Shown in pieces: positions 1-10,096 of a DNA stretch of 64,000 nt; within the stretch, counting starts at the first letter, position 1; each line of letters starts with the position of its first letter. Position numbers and translations under genes: made by a program. Source of the stretch: Myxococcales bacterium. GTDB taxonomy: Bacteria > Myxococcota_A > Polyangia > Haliangiales > SHYZ01. Below the pieces are notes generated by a model that ran no database searches, was not told the DNA's origin, and was given only the letters and a program-made list of their open reading frames with translations. The stretch covers positions 8,444 through 72,443 of the forward strand of contig SHYZ01000002.1 in assembly GCA_009692535.1 (NCBI GenBank), given 5' to 3'.

Positions 1-2483
1 ACCAGGACCCGATCGACGGCCGCTTCGTCTACCGCGCCGCGTTCAGCGAATTCATCGACACGTCGGGCGGCCGCAGCGGCGAGGGCGCGGTCGAGAACTT
101 CGAGCAGGTTGTGCTGCAGAAGGCGGCGCCGGCGACGAAGGGCGTCGACTTCGCCGACCGCGACGAGGAGTTCGAGCTGCCGAAGACCGTCGCGGAGCTC
201 GACGAGGTCTGGAAGGCGTGGATCCTCGCGCTGCGCGACGAGCAGACCGGCAAGGAGGATCCCGAGCGGCCCTACCTTTCGTGGGCGCGCCACGCGCTGA
301 CGCGCAAGGACCACTCCGCCGCCAAGGAACACTTCGAGAAGGGCGTCGTGGCGCAGCCCGACGACGTCGACCTGCACCTCGAGTTTGCCCGCTACCTCCA
401 GTCGCGGGAGAAGGGCGGCAAGGGTGCGCGCGCGTCCGATCGCGCCGCCAAGCTCGCGTTGCGTGCCCTGCAACTGATCGAGGGGCAGGAGAAGGTCGGC
501 GAGAAAAAGATCGACGAAAAGAAGCTGAAGGAGGCCGACTCGCTCCTCACCGCGCTCGACCCGAAGCGCCGGATGCTCGACCGCATCCTGGAGCAACTCG
601 AAGCGGCCGCCGGCGGCATCGCCGAGCGCTACCTCACCGCGGGCCGACCACGGATGGCGATGGAAGTGAGCTGGCGGCTCGGCACCGAACTCGGTTTCCC
701 GAAGCTCTTCGAGATCTTCGAGCGCGCGGCGCGGTCATCGGGGAAGTCGCTCGCGCTCTGGCAGCTCGCCTACGACGAGAAGGGCTTCGACGGCTGGATC
801 GACGCCGGCAACGACGCGTTCCATCCGGCGGGCGCGGAGATCGCGTCGAAGTTCGGCGACCTCACGTCGGGCAAGTTCGACTACCAGTTCCTGATGCGCG
901 ACACGATCACGTCGGGCGATTTCTCGTTCGAGGCCGAGCTGCTGGCCGAGCACAACCTGCTCTCCTTCGCCGGCCTGGTCTTCGGCAAGAAAGCGAGCAG
1001 CACCTTCCACACGCTGGTCTACTACCCCGGCCGCGCCGCCGACGCGCGCTACGGCATCGAGGCGCGCCAGGCCGCGGTCGACCTCACCAGCTTCTATGGG
1101 CCGGCTGACTACCGCGTCTGGCGCCACAACGTGCTGCCGGGCACCGCATCGGGCTGGCATCGCCTGCGCGTCGACATCGTCGGCCGCATGGTCGACGTCT
1201 GGTGCGACGGCGAGCTGGTCGTGACCCAGGAGTTTCCGAGCCTCGACGTGCTGCGCGGCAACTTCGGCCTCATCACTGGGCCGGGCGAGGCGCATTGGCG
1301 CAACCTCCGCTACCTCGCCCGCCACTCGCGCGATCCGGGCGCGCTGATCGAACGCGACCTCACCATGCAGCGCCTGAAAGACGCAGCGGCGAAGAGCGGC
1401 AACCTGATCGGCGGGAGCTTCGTCGGGTTGACCCCGCCGTTCCCGACCGCGGTCCAGTGGGTGCGCGAGCCGCGGACCAGCTTCGACGAGGCCGGCAAGG
1501 TGCCGCAGCTGCTGCTGTTTTTCTCGATCGCCCAGAACGACCGTCTCGCGGTCGATGGCTGGCTGAAGGAGTTCTTCGAGAAGTGGCGCGACGTCGGGTT
1601 GAAGGTGATCTGCATCGGATCGCCCGACGATCTCGACCTCGCGGCCTACCTCGCCAAGCACTCCTTCGTTGGTTCCGTCGGCTACGACACCCGCGTGCGC
1701 GGCCGGCAGACCTACGGCATCACCTACGAGCAGTACCTGATCCCGCGCTTCAACCTGCCGCGCACGCTGCTGATCGACGTCGACGAGCGCGTGGCGTGGG
1801 AGGGTGATCCGGGCTTCAGCTTCAACGAGCCATGGCAGCCGGGCGCGGGCAGCTTCCTCGATGCGCCGATGGACGAGCTGGTTGCCAGGCGCGCGTTGCG
1901 GCTGCTGCCGGCGTGGCGGACGGCGTGGGCCGACGGCGGCGAGGCGGCGTGGAAGGCGGGGGACGTGGCGACGGCGCTGCCGTTGCTGAAGCAGGCCAAC
2001 GCGATGTACGGCGCGCTCGACGACCGCGTCCTCGCGGTGCGAGCCCAGCTTTCGGTCCTGCGTTCGGCGCTCGGCGCGATCGAGCTGACGGCCGAGAAGA
2101 TCGAGCGCGTCGGCGGTGCCGCTGCGCTGCCGGCGCTTGCCGCGCTCTACGGTTGGGGTGATGCGCTCGGGATGCCGGTGGCGGACGACAACAAGAAGGT
2201 GCTGGCGCCGAAGCTCGCGCGGCCCGAAGCGAAGGCGTTCATGCAACTCGTCGCGCGCGGCAAGGCGCTGAAGAAGGCGATCGAAGGCAAGGCGGGAGTC
2301 GGTGCGGCGACGCCGTTCGTCGCCGAGGTGGCGAAGCTCGGTGGGCCGCTCGCGCCGCTGTATGGTGCGTTCCTCGCCGAACAGGTCGCGATTGGCGATT
2401 CGGTGGCATTGGTCGCATGGCTCGAACAGGCGGATGTGCGCGTCGGCGGGGCGTGGCTCGCGAAGGAGCTGTTCCGCTGGTAG
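1..2483 (+). CDS. Multidomain exported protein, 5' end cut by window edge (TPR-like N-terminus, LamG/DUF1080-like jelly-roll, Cys-less thioredoxin-fold domain)
   Basis: Frame is open from nt 3 to TAG 2481-2483. Motifs GDFSFEAELL..FAGLVFG..WHRLRVDIVGRMVDVWCDGELV (concanavalin-like) and VPQLLLFFS..GLKVICIGSPDD (Trx fold without CXXC). Other frames translate to Arg/Pro-rich junk. Confidence 0.6.
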   Translation, partial: QDPIDGRFVYRAAFSEFIDTSGGRSGEGAVENFEQVVLQKAAPATKGVDFADRDEEFELPKTVAELDEVWKAWILALRDEQTGKEDPERPYLSWARHALTRKDHSAAKEHFEKGVVAQPDDVDLHLEFARYLQSREKGGKGARASDRAAKLALRALQLIEGQEKVGEKKIDEKKLKEADSLLTALDPKRRMLDRILEQLEAAAGGIAERYLTAGRPRMAMEVSWRLGTELGFPKLFEIFERAARSSGKSLALWQLAYDEKGFDGWIDAGNDAFHPAGAEIASKFGDLTSGKFDYQFLMRDTITSGDFSFEAELLAEHNLLSFAGLVFGKKASSTFHTLVYYPGRAADARYGIEARQAAVDLTSFYGPADYRVWRHNVLPGTASGWHRLRVDIVGRMVDVWCDGELVVTQEFPSLDVLRGNFGLITGPGEAHWRNLRYLARHSRDPGALIERDLTMQRLKDAAAKSGNLIGGSFVGLTPPFPTAVQWVREPRTSFDEAGKVPQLLLFFSIAQNDRLAVDGWLKEFFEKWRDVGLKVICIGSPDDLDLAAYLAKHSFVGSVGYDTRVRGRQTYGITYEQYLIPRFNLPRTLLIDVDERVAWEGDPGFSFNEPWQPGAGSFLDAPMDELVARRALRLLPAWRTAWADGGEAAWKAGDVATALPLLKQANAMYGALDDRVLAVRAQLSVLRSALGAIELTAEKIERVGGAAALPALAALYGWGDALGMPVADDNKKVLAPKLARPEAKAFMQLVARGKALKKAIEGKAGVGAATPFVAEVAKLGGPLAPLYGAFLAEQVAIGDSVALVAWLEQADVRVGGAWLAKELFRW

Positions 2484-2509
2484 CGACTTCTTTTGGGGGA
2501 GGGTCGCAG

Positions 2510-3448
2510 ATGACGAAGTCGATCGCAGCGCTGTTGCTGGGGTCTTGGGGTGCATCGCACGAGGCGTCCGCACAGGAGGCGGCGACATCCGCGGGTGATG
2601 CCGCGTGCGCGAAGTGCGCCGAGTGTCCGGAGTCGCCGATCGGTGGCGAGCTCTCGATGACCGCGACGACGCACTACTTCTTCCGCGGGCTGATCCAGGA
2701 AGATCAGGGGCTGATCTTCCAGCCCGCGCTGTCGCTGTCGACCGATCTGTGGTCGGGCGATGGACCGGTGCAGTCGCTCGAACTCTCCGTCTGCAGTTGG
2801 AACAGCCTGCATTCCGGGCCCACCGGCACCGGCGGCCATGGCAACAACTCGCCGAGCGCCTGGTACGAGTCGGACTTGCTCGCCGGCCTCACGTTCAACT
2901 TCGCCGGCGGCATGACGCTCGACGCGTCGTGGGTCGAGTACACCATCCCGAACGGGCTGTTCAAGACGACCAGCGAGATCGACTTCGTGGTCGGTTTTGA
3001 CGACTCGGAATGGTGCGCGCGGACGATGGGCCTGTCCGGCGGCTTCGGCCCCACCGTGACGCTTGGCATCGAGGTGGACGGGCAGAGCGATCAGAACGGC
3101 GCGCCCGCCGGCACCGACGAGGGGAAGTTCCTCGGCTTCGGCATCGCGCCGAGCTTCGACTGCTGCACGCTCGGCTCGGGCGAGTTCGCGACTCCGTGCA
3201 CGATGTCGTTCCCGCTCAACGCCGGCTTCAGCCTCGGCGACTACTACGAGGACGCGACCGGCGACGACGACCGCTTCGGTTACTGGGATGTCGGCGTCTT
3301 CGTCTCGTTTCCGATCGCGTCGCGCTTCGGCGAGTGGCAGATGTCGCTCGGCACGCAGGCGGTGATGCTGAACGGCAACCAGGAAGACCTGAACCACGGC
3401 GAGTCGTTCGAGTGGACCGGCACCATGGCGCTCTCGATCGGGTTCTGA
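2510..3448 (+). CDS. Outer-membrane beta-barrel protein, unknown family
   Basis: ATG 2510 is preceded by GGGGGAGGG. Signal peptide MTKSIAALLLGSWGASHEASAQ. Alternating strand-like pattern. C-terminus ...LSIGF has the terminal Phe typical of OMPs. Confidence 0.6.
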   Translation: MTKSIAALLLGSWGASHEASAQEAATSAGDAACAKCAECPESPIGGELSMTATTHYFFRGLIQEDQGLIFQPALSLSTDLWSGDGPVQSLELSVCSWNSLHSGPTGTGGHGNNSPSAWYESDLLAGLTFNFAGGMTLDASWVEYTIPNGLFKTTSEIDFVVGFDDSEWCARTMGLSGGFGPTVTLGIEVDGQSDQNGAPAGTDEGKFLGFGIAPSFDCCTLGSGEFATPCTMSFPLNAGFSLGDYYEDATGDDDRFGYWDVGVFVSFPIASRFGEWQMSLGTQAVMLNGNQEDLNHGESFEWTGTMALSIGF

Positions 3449-3566
3449 TCGGAAAGTTTGGCAGATCTCCTGCGTCGGGCGGCGGGTGCGAGAACGCCCG
3501 CCGCCCGCGCTCTCCCCGGTCTGCGCGCGCCGCGCTACTTTCTGCAGCGCTCCGGGGGATCCGTTG

Positions 3567-5888
3567 ATGCGACTGTTCGGCCCGATGCTGCTGTGTCTTG
3601 TCGTCGGCGTCGCCGTCGGAGCCGGATTCACCAAACTCCTTTCGCTGACGCCGGTGGCGCTGCAGCGGTCGAGCGGCAGTGATCGTGTCGCGCACGCGGA
3701 GCAGAAGAACCTCTCCGCAGCGGCTGCCGATGTCCCCTCCCTCCCCTCCCTCCCCGCGCCGGTCGAGGCAGAGCGAGTCGTTCTTCCGTCGGTCGTCAGC
3801 GCACCGAGCAGTGTGATCGAGGACGCGACGCGTGCGGCGCGCACGGCGCCGCTGCCATCGCGCGTCCGCGGCGATCGCAAGGTGAACGGACGCGTCGCGC
3901 GCTCGGACGGCAGCGGTGTCTCAGGTGTCGTCGTGCGAGCGCGTCTGCTGGACACTCGCGGCCGTGAACCGGGTCCGCCGCGCCTCGGCCTCGCGGCGCC
4001 GCTGTCCGACTCGCTCGATCGTGCCATCCAGCGCGCCGTCGAGTCGTGGTACGAGCAGGCGGGTCGCCGGGTCGAGACGACCACCGATGGCGACGGCCGC
4101 TACGAGTTGGCCGAGCTGCCGGCCGGACGCTGGTCGCTCGAACCGTGGAGCGAGGGTTTTGCGATCGAAGTGCCGGGCGGCGGTTCGACCGAAGTCGAAC
4201 CCGATGCGACCCTCGACTTCGTCGCAACACCCGTCGAGCGCGTGTCGATCACCGTGTTGCTTCCGAATGGCGACCCACCCGCGCGCGCCGCGATCCAACT
4301 GCGCAGCGGCCAAAGCGGCGGCGCCGGCCTGACGCTGTTGTGGACCGACGCGACGCGTGAGATCGCGGTGAAGCCGGGCGGTTACGAGGCGCGTGCCACG
4401 CTCGGCGATCCCGAGCAGGGGCCGGCATGGAGCGAGGTGCTCGCCTCCGATTGGACGACGATCGAGGTTGAGGAGGGCGTCATTCCCGCGCGCCTGCGTC
4501 TGACGTTGAAGGGCGCGCCCGGCTTGCGTGGACGCATCGTCTTCCCGACCGGCGCGAAGCGCGGGAACGTGATGGTGAGGATCGCGCCCGCGCCGGCGAA
4601 CACGCCGCCCGATCTCGTCGCGCTCACCAACGACCACTCCGCGCCGACTTCATGGGCGAGCCAAGGCACCTACCTGTTCCGCGACCTCGCACCCGGGTGC
4701 TACGTCGTCGGCGTCGCCCGCAATTGGGGCGAGCGGATCGTCGCGCACGCCGTCGTCGACGTGAAGGACGCGATGGTCGTGCAGGACCTCGCGATCCCGG
4801 CGGCGGATCCGTCGACCTCGCTGGTCGTCAAGGTGCTCGACGCCGACGGCGCCTTGGTCGAGGAGTGCGATTTCCATCTGGAGGTTGGCAACGCCGAAGG
4901 CCGTTCGACTGGCACCACCGCCTCCGCCGAACGCAAGGCGAATGGCAACTGGTGGGTTTCGCTCGCGGTGGTGAACGACGTTGACCTTGCCACGCCGTGG
5001 CCCGACGGTACGACGGTCAAGCTGACGGTGTCGACCTCTCGATTCGGATCGAAGTCGGTCGACATCGCGCCTGGCACGCGGGCGCTGCAGGTGCGTTTCG
5101 GCGCGCCCGCGAAGCTCCTGGCGACGATCGAAGGCTATGCCGGGAGCGGCTACGAAGGACGGTTGCAGCTCACGCTCGATCCGGTCGGCAGCGACGACGG
5201 CGCTTTCGCGCCACGCTCGCTCAACGGTCGCCAGGGCGTCGCTGCCGACGGCACGCAGACGTTCGGCCCGATCGAGGCCGGTGCATGGCGCCTCAAGCTG
5301 CAACTGCAGCAGAAGCAGGCCTGGCAGCGCCGGACGCTGGCGACGGTCGAGGTCGCGCTGGTGCCCGGCGACAACCGCGCCGCCATCGCGATCCCCACCA
5401 TCTCCGACCTCGTCGTGTCGGCGCCCGGCCGCTCGGGCACGATCCAGCTCCAGAACGTCGTGACCAAGGAGACCGAGCACGAATCGCTCGACGCGGAGGG
5501 CAGCGTCACGTTCGCGGGACTCCCCGCCGGCGACTACACGCTGCAGACGTTCGGCGGCGTCTTCGAGTTGATGCGCGTGCGCGTGCCCTGCGCCGGCGTG
5601 CTCCGCTTCGAACCGATGACGGTGAATGCCGCGCTCGTGACCATCACCGATCGCGCGGGCACGCTGGAGGCGATCGGCTTCCGTGACGGCGATCTGATCG
5701 TCGGCATCGACGGCAACGAGTTCGAGTCGAGCATGCAGATGCAGATCATCCTGATGCAGTCGATCGCGAAGGCGAAAGTCACCTTCACCCTCCTGCGCGG
5801 TAACCAACGAGTTGAGCTCGACGTGAATCCGAAGGATTTGATGAACCCGCAGAAACAAGGTGGATCGATCGAACCGACCAGCCGCTGA
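3567..5888 (+). CDS. Membrane-anchored carboxypeptidase-regulatory-like (Ig/transthyretin-like) repeat protein with C-terminal PDZ domain
   Basis: ATG 3567 gives N-terminal TM MRLFGPMLLCLVVGVAVGAGF. Motifs GRVARSDGSGVSGVVVRA and TDGDGRYELAELPAGRW (CarboxypepD_reg type). C-terminal PDZ motif GFRDGDLIVGIDGNEF. Confidence 0.7.
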   Translation: MRLFGPMLLCLVVGVAVGAGFTKLLSLTPVALQRSSGSDRVAHAEQKNLSAAAADVPSLPSLPAPVEAERVVLPSVVSAPSSVIEDATRAARTAPLPSRVRGDRKVNGRVARSDGSGVSGVVVRARLLDTRGREPGPPRLGLAAPLSDSLDRAIQRAVESWYEQAGRRVETTTDGDGRYELAELPAGRWSLEPWSEGFAIEVPGGGSTEVEPDATLDFVATPVERVSITVLLPNGDPPARAAIQLRSGQSGGAGLTLLWTDATREIAVKPGGYEARATLGDPEQGPAWSEVLASDWTTIEVEEGVIPARLRLTLKGAPGLRGRIVFPTGAKRGNVMVRIAPAPANTPPDLVALTNDHSAPTSWASQGTYLFRDLAPGCYVVGVARNWGERIVAHAVVDVKDAMVVQDLAIPAADPSTSLVVKVLDADGALVEECDFHLEVGNAEGRSTGTTASAERKANGNWWVSLAVVNDVDLATPWPDGTTVKLTVSTSRFGSKSVDIAPGTRALQVRFGAPAKLLATIEGYAGSGYEGRLQLTLDPVGSDDGAFAPRSLNGRQGVAADGTQTFGPIEAGAWRLKLQLQQKQAWQRRTLATVEVALVPGDNRAAIAIPTISDLVVSAPGRSGTIQLQNVVTKETEHESLDAEGSVTFAGLPAGDYTLQTFGGVFELMRVRVPCAGVLRFEPMTVNAALVTITDRAGTLEAIGFRDGDLIVGIDGNEFESSMQMQIILMQSIAKAKVTFTLLRGNQRVELDVNPKDLMNPQKQGGSIEPTSR

Positions 5889-5951
5889 ACAAGACTGTGG
5901 CGAACCGCAGGCGCGGCCCGCCGTTCCCGCCCGGTGCGAGGAGCAGCTCCG

Positions 5952-8324
5952 ATGTCTCGACCGTTGATCGCGATGGCCGCCGGCTTGGTGGTCGGCGCTG
6001 TCGCTGGCGCCGGCGCGATGGCGTTCCTGGGTGGCGGCGGCAAGTCGCTGCTCGCGGCGCAGGCCAAGACTCAAGCGGCCGATCGCGACGGGGAGTCGGC
6101 GACACCGAGCACCGCGCCGGCCCTGGCGCTGGTCGATCCATCGCTGGCGCCCGAACGCGTCGAGCGTGCCGCCGGCGCGACCGCGATCCCGGGCGAGCTC
6201 TCCGAGGGCGTTGGCGAGCTGATGCGCCGCGCGCCAGGCAAGCCGGTCGCCGCCGGCGATCGGGCGCTCAAGGGGCGCGTCGTCGATGTGCGCGGCAACC
6301 CGCTGGCCGGCGTTGTCATCCGCGCGGTGCGCCACGGCGATCCGGTGCCGCTGCTGCCTGAAGTGTCCGCGGTCGGACGCGGCGCACCGCCGCCGCCTTC
6401 GCTCGAGGAGTCGGTCCGAACGGCGATCGCGGCGTGGTACGAGACCGGCGGTGAGTTCCGCGAGGTCATGACCGGCGGCGACGGCCGCTACGAGCTCGCC
6501 GAGCTGCGTGATGGGCAATACACCGCGTCGGCGTGGAAGAGCGGCTGGGTATTCGACTCCGAGCACGGTCGCGGCCAAGTCAGCGTCCGGCCCGACGCGA
6601 AGCTCGACTGGAACGGGAAGGCGGTGCGGTCGCAGCAAGTCGTCGTCGAGCTGCCCGATGGCAGCGGCGCGCCATGCGCGAACGTCGAGTACCGCAAGCA
6701 GGGCCACGACGACTCCGCAGGCACGCAGGGCTGGTTGGCGAACCAGCCGACGATCGTGCTCGAGCCAGGTTCATGGGAGCTGCGAGCGACGCTCGGTCAT
6801 CCGCAGTCGGGACCGGCGTGGCCCGACTACCTGGTGTCGCCGTGGGTGAAAGTCGCGGAAAGCAGCGGGGGCGAGTCGGCGGCCGTGACCGTGCGCATGG
6901 TCGGAAAAGCCGGCGTGCGCGGACGCGTGACGCTGTCGACTGGCAAATCGGCGCCGCAGGCGCTGGTCAAGGTGAAGAAACTCGAATCGGGGGAGAGCGC
7001 CGACCCGGAGTCGATGCGCGACCGCGACGACGACGGCGGCACGATCCAAAGCGATTGGATCGGCAACGGCGAATACACGTTCGTTGACTTGAAGCCGGGC
7101 CGCTACCTGCTGACGGCCCAGCGCCACTGGAATGCCCCGATCCTGATCCACGCGCAGGTCGAAGTCGACGACAAGATGGTGCAGCACGACCTCGTGATGC
7201 CCGAACTCGATCGCGCCACCTGCCTCGAGGTCACGGTCCGCGCGCCCGACGGGACGCTGGTGCCCGAGATCAACTTCCAGTGGCGCTTCGACGGCGGCGA
7301 CAACAACTACAACCACGGGGATTGCACCTCCGATCGGCGTGACGTCGGCGTGTGGTGGTTGCCGCTCGAAGCGGCGAAGCAGGGCGAGTTCGATCCGCTC
7401 GGGGCGTGGCCGTCGGGATCGCACCTCTACCTCATCGCGGATCACGCGGACTACGGCTCGACCGCGGCCGAGGTGTTCGCGGCGACCCGCAGCCTCGAAG
7501 TGAAGTTCGGCCCGCCGGCGACCCTGCGGGTGACGGTGCTGGGGATGACCGGCGCGAACTTCGCCGGCACCATCAACCTCGGGCTCAATCGCGTCGGCAA
7601 CGGCATCGATTCCGCGGGCCATGGCGCGGGCGGCCAACCCAACAAGGAGGAGGGGGTCGCGCGGCTTGGTCCGGTCGAGGCCGGGCGCTGGAAGCTCACC
7701 ATGTGGATGAGCTCGAACAAGTCGCAGCGCTGGAACCAGTTCGAGGCGGCGTCGGCGGAGGTCACGCTGACGCCGGGCGAGAACGAGGCGACGCTGTCGA
7801 TCCCGACGCTCTACTCGATGGTGCTGCGGCTGCCCGAAGGTGTCGAAGGCCAGATCAACCTCGAGCAAACGGCCAAGACGCAAAACCGACGCTGGCTCCA
7901 CGGCCAGATCGAGAAGGACGGCGCGCAGAACAAGGCCGTGTTCGAGGACATCCCGGCTGGCGAGTATCGCGCCACGCTCCAGAACGGCCCGAAGCCTGGC
8001 GTGATGACGATCCATGTGCCGGGCAACGGCGGCGTGGTCGACTGGGCGCCGCAGCCGATCAATGCGGTGCTGGTCACGTTCAACGAGAACTCGGCAGCGG
8101 TCGCCGAGCTTGGCTTCGCCGATGGCGACATCATCACGGCGATCGATGGCAAGGAGGTCGCGAGCTCGGTCGATTTGCAGGTGATGTGGACCTTGGCGCG
8201 TGCGCAGCGTGAGATCGAGCTCACCATCCAGCGCGGCGGTGAAGCCGTGACGCTCAAGGTCGACGGCAAGAAGCTGATGGCGCAGGGCCGCAGCGGCGCG
8301 ATGTACGAGCCGACGACGCGATGA
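5952..8324 (+). CDS. Paralogue of 3567-5888: membrane-anchored CarboxypepD_reg-like repeat protein with C-terminal PDZ domain
   Basis: ATG 5952 follows GAGGAG. TM LIAMAAGLVVGAVAGAGAMAF. Motifs GRVVDVRGNPLAGVVIRA and GGDGRYELAELRDGQY. PDZ motif GFADGDIITAIDGKEV. Collinear with the upstream gene over its full length. Confidence 0.7.
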   Translation: MSRPLIAMAAGLVVGAVAGAGAMAFLGGGGKSLLAAQAKTQAADRDGESATPSTAPALALVDPSLAPERVERAAGATAIPGELSEGVGELMRRAPGKPVAAGDRALKGRVVDVRGNPLAGVVIRAVRHGDPVPLLPEVSAVGRGAPPPPSLEESVRTAIAAWYETGGEFREVMTGGDGRYELAELRDGQYTASAWKSGWVFDSEHGRGQVSVRPDAKLDWNGKAVRSQQVVVELPDGSGAPCANVEYRKQGHDDSAGTQGWLANQPTIVLEPGSWELRATLGHPQSGPAWPDYLVSPWVKVAESSGGESAAVTVRMVGKAGVRGRVTLSTGKSAPQALVKVKKLESGESADPESMRDRDDDGGTIQSDWIGNGEYTFVDLKPGRYLLTAQRHWNAPILIHAQVEVDDKMVQHDLVMPELDRATCLEVTVRAPDGTLVPEINFQWRFDGGDNNYNHGDCTSDRRDVGVWWLPLEAAKQGEFDPLGAWPSGSHLYLIADHADYGSTAAEVFAATRSLEVKFGPPATLRVTVLGMTGANFAGTINLGLNRVGNGIDSAGHGAGGQPNKEEGVARLGPVEAGRWKLTMWMSSNKSQRWNQFEAASAEVTLTPGENEATLSIPTLYSMVLRLPEGVEGQINLEQTAKTQNRRWLHGQIEKDGAQNKAVFEDIPAGEYRATLQNGPKPGVMTIHVPGNGGVVDWAPQPINAVLVTFNENSAAVAELGFADGDIITAIDGKEVASSVDLQVMWTLARAQREIELTIQRGGEAVTLKVDGKKLMAQGRSGAMYEPTTR

Positions 8325-10084
8325 GGTGGCGGTGCGACGCGCGCGCGCGGACGGCATGGCTGCTGGCGACGGCGGCTTGCGGGTTCGCGTCGGCGCGGGC
8401 GCAGGACGCAGCAGGAACGGTCGAATCGCCAGGTATTCCATTGAGCCAGTCGGCGTGGCGCGGGAGCCCGGTGCTGGAGCTCTACCGCTACCTTTCGGAG
8501 CGGGTGTTCGCCTCGCATCCGTCGCTCGTGGGCGTCGCGCGCGCGGTGTTCGAGTCGCGCGTGATCGCCGCGGTGCGCCAGCGCCTGATCGAAGAGCCCG
8601 ACCGGCGCGGGCGCGCCGGCGTCACGCTCCCCGAGGCGGACGGTGACCACGCGAAACCGGTCGCGCCGCTGCCGGAAGGGGCTCCGCTCGCGGACCTGAT
8701 CCGCGAGGCGCAGCGGCAACTGCAGTTCGAGATGACCGGTGGCGCCGGCTGGGCGACGGAGGATGCCAGTGCGCTGGCGCAGCTCTGGCTCGAGCCGTCG
8801 ATCGACTTCGCCGAAGAGACGGTGCGCGAACGGTTCGAGCTGCTGGTCGACGGCCTGATCGATTCGCTGCACGATCCGCACTGCCAGGCGATCCACTCGC
8901 GAAACCTGCTGCAGTCGGCGCTGGTCGAGCTGCTCGGCACGGCCTCGACGCTCGGGCTCGAGGTTCAGGCGACGGCGGATGGCGGTTTCGCGATCGAGTT
9001 CGCGATCGACTGGAGCGATGCGGCGCGCAAGGGCGTGCGGCGCGGCGATCGGCTGCTTTCGGTCGACGGGCGATCGGTCGCCGGTCACTCGCTGCGTGAA
9101 GTGCAGCACGCGATCGAGCGGCCGTGCCGGATGCACCTCGCGCGCGGTGCGGACGAGGAATACGACGTCGCAGTCGGGATCTGCAATCCGCAGCAAGCGC
9201 TGACCCGATCGACGCTGCTCGATGGCGAGATCGGTTGGATCTCGTTCCCCCTGTTCCGCGCCGGCGCGATCTTCGAGGTGCGTGACGCCGTCCGCTCGCT
9301 GGTCGCGCAGGGTGCGAGGGCGCTGCTGCTCGACCTGCGCGGCAACCCGGGCGGGTTGGTGAACGAGGCTGGCCTCATCGCGAACCTCTTCATCCGCGAG
9401 GGGTGCAAGGTCATCGAGACGCTGCCTCGCGTCGACGAGGACGACGCCGACTTCACGACCGGCCCAGCGCTCTTCCCCGACCTGCCGCTGGTGGTGCTGG
9501 TGGACCGCTGCTCGGCCAGCGCCGCCGAAGTGATTGCGGCCGCCTTCCAGGACGAGCATCGCGCGCTGCTGGTGGGGGAGACGACCTACGGCAAAGGCGT
9601 CGGCCAGTCGACGCTGCAGTTGCGCAGCTACGTTCCGGGCAGCGCAACGTTCGCGCCCGGGTTCACCGCCACCTCGCTGACCACCTTCGAGCTGCGTTCG
9701 CCGCTCGGCCGCGACTGGCACCACGTCGGGCTCGTGCCGGACCTGCGCGCCGCGACCGCGGTCGAGTCGATGGCGCGGATCGCGGCGCGCGCGCGGTTCC
9801 TCGACGACCCGTGGCTCGATGAGAAGCTGCTCGAACTCGCGCTCACCGACGACGAGATCGCGCAGCTGCGCAAGGCCGGGCCGCCGCCGCCGAGGGTGGT
9901 CGCGGCGGCGAAGTCGATCGGAGCGGCGCCGCAGGGCGACGATGAGCACGAGGCGCTGAAGGATGTCGCGCGGTTGCTGCTGCAGGCGGCGAATCCCGCC
10001 CTCGCCGCGTGCCCCGAGATCGATCCGGTGCTGGCGAAGGCGCTGCGGGCGGCGCGGCTGGCGTTGCGATCGTCCGGCGGATGA
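8321..10084 (+). CDS. S41 family C-terminal processing (tail-specific) peptidase with PDZ domain
   Basis: ATG 8321 overlaps the upstream stop (ATGA). Signal peptide present. PDZ motif GVRRGDRLLSVDGRSV. S41 motifs LLLDLRGNPGG, VLVDRCSASAAEVIA (Ser) and TYGKGVGQS (Lys). Confidence 0.85.
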   Translation: MRWRCDARARTAWLLATAACGFASARAQDAAGTVESPGIPLSQSAWRGSPVLELYRYLSERVFASHPSLVGVARAVFESRVIAAVRQRLIEEPDRRGRAGVTLPEADGDHAKPVAPLPEGAPLADLIREAQRQLQFEMTGGAGWATEDASALAQLWLEPSIDFAEETVRERFELLVDGLIDSLHDPHCQAIHSRNLLQSALVELLGTASTLGLEVQATADGGFAIEFAIDWSDAARKGVRRGDRLLSVDGRSVAGHSLREVQHAIERPCRMHLARGADEEYDVAVGICNPQQALTRSTLLDGEIGWISFPLFRAGAIFEVRDAVRSLVAQGARALLLDLRGNPGGLVNEAGLIANLFIREGCKVIETLPRVDEDDADFTTGPALFPDLPLVVLVDRCSASAAEVIAAAFQDEHRALLVGETTYGKGVGQSTLQLRSYVPGSATFAPGFTATSLTTFELRSPLGRDWHHVGLVPDLRAATAVESMARIAARARFLDDPWLDEKLLELALTDDEIAQLRKAGPPPPRVVAAAKSIGAAPQGDDEHEALKDVARLLLQAANPALAACPEIDPVLAKALRAARLALRSSGG

Positions 10085-10096
10085 GCGGTCAGGCGC

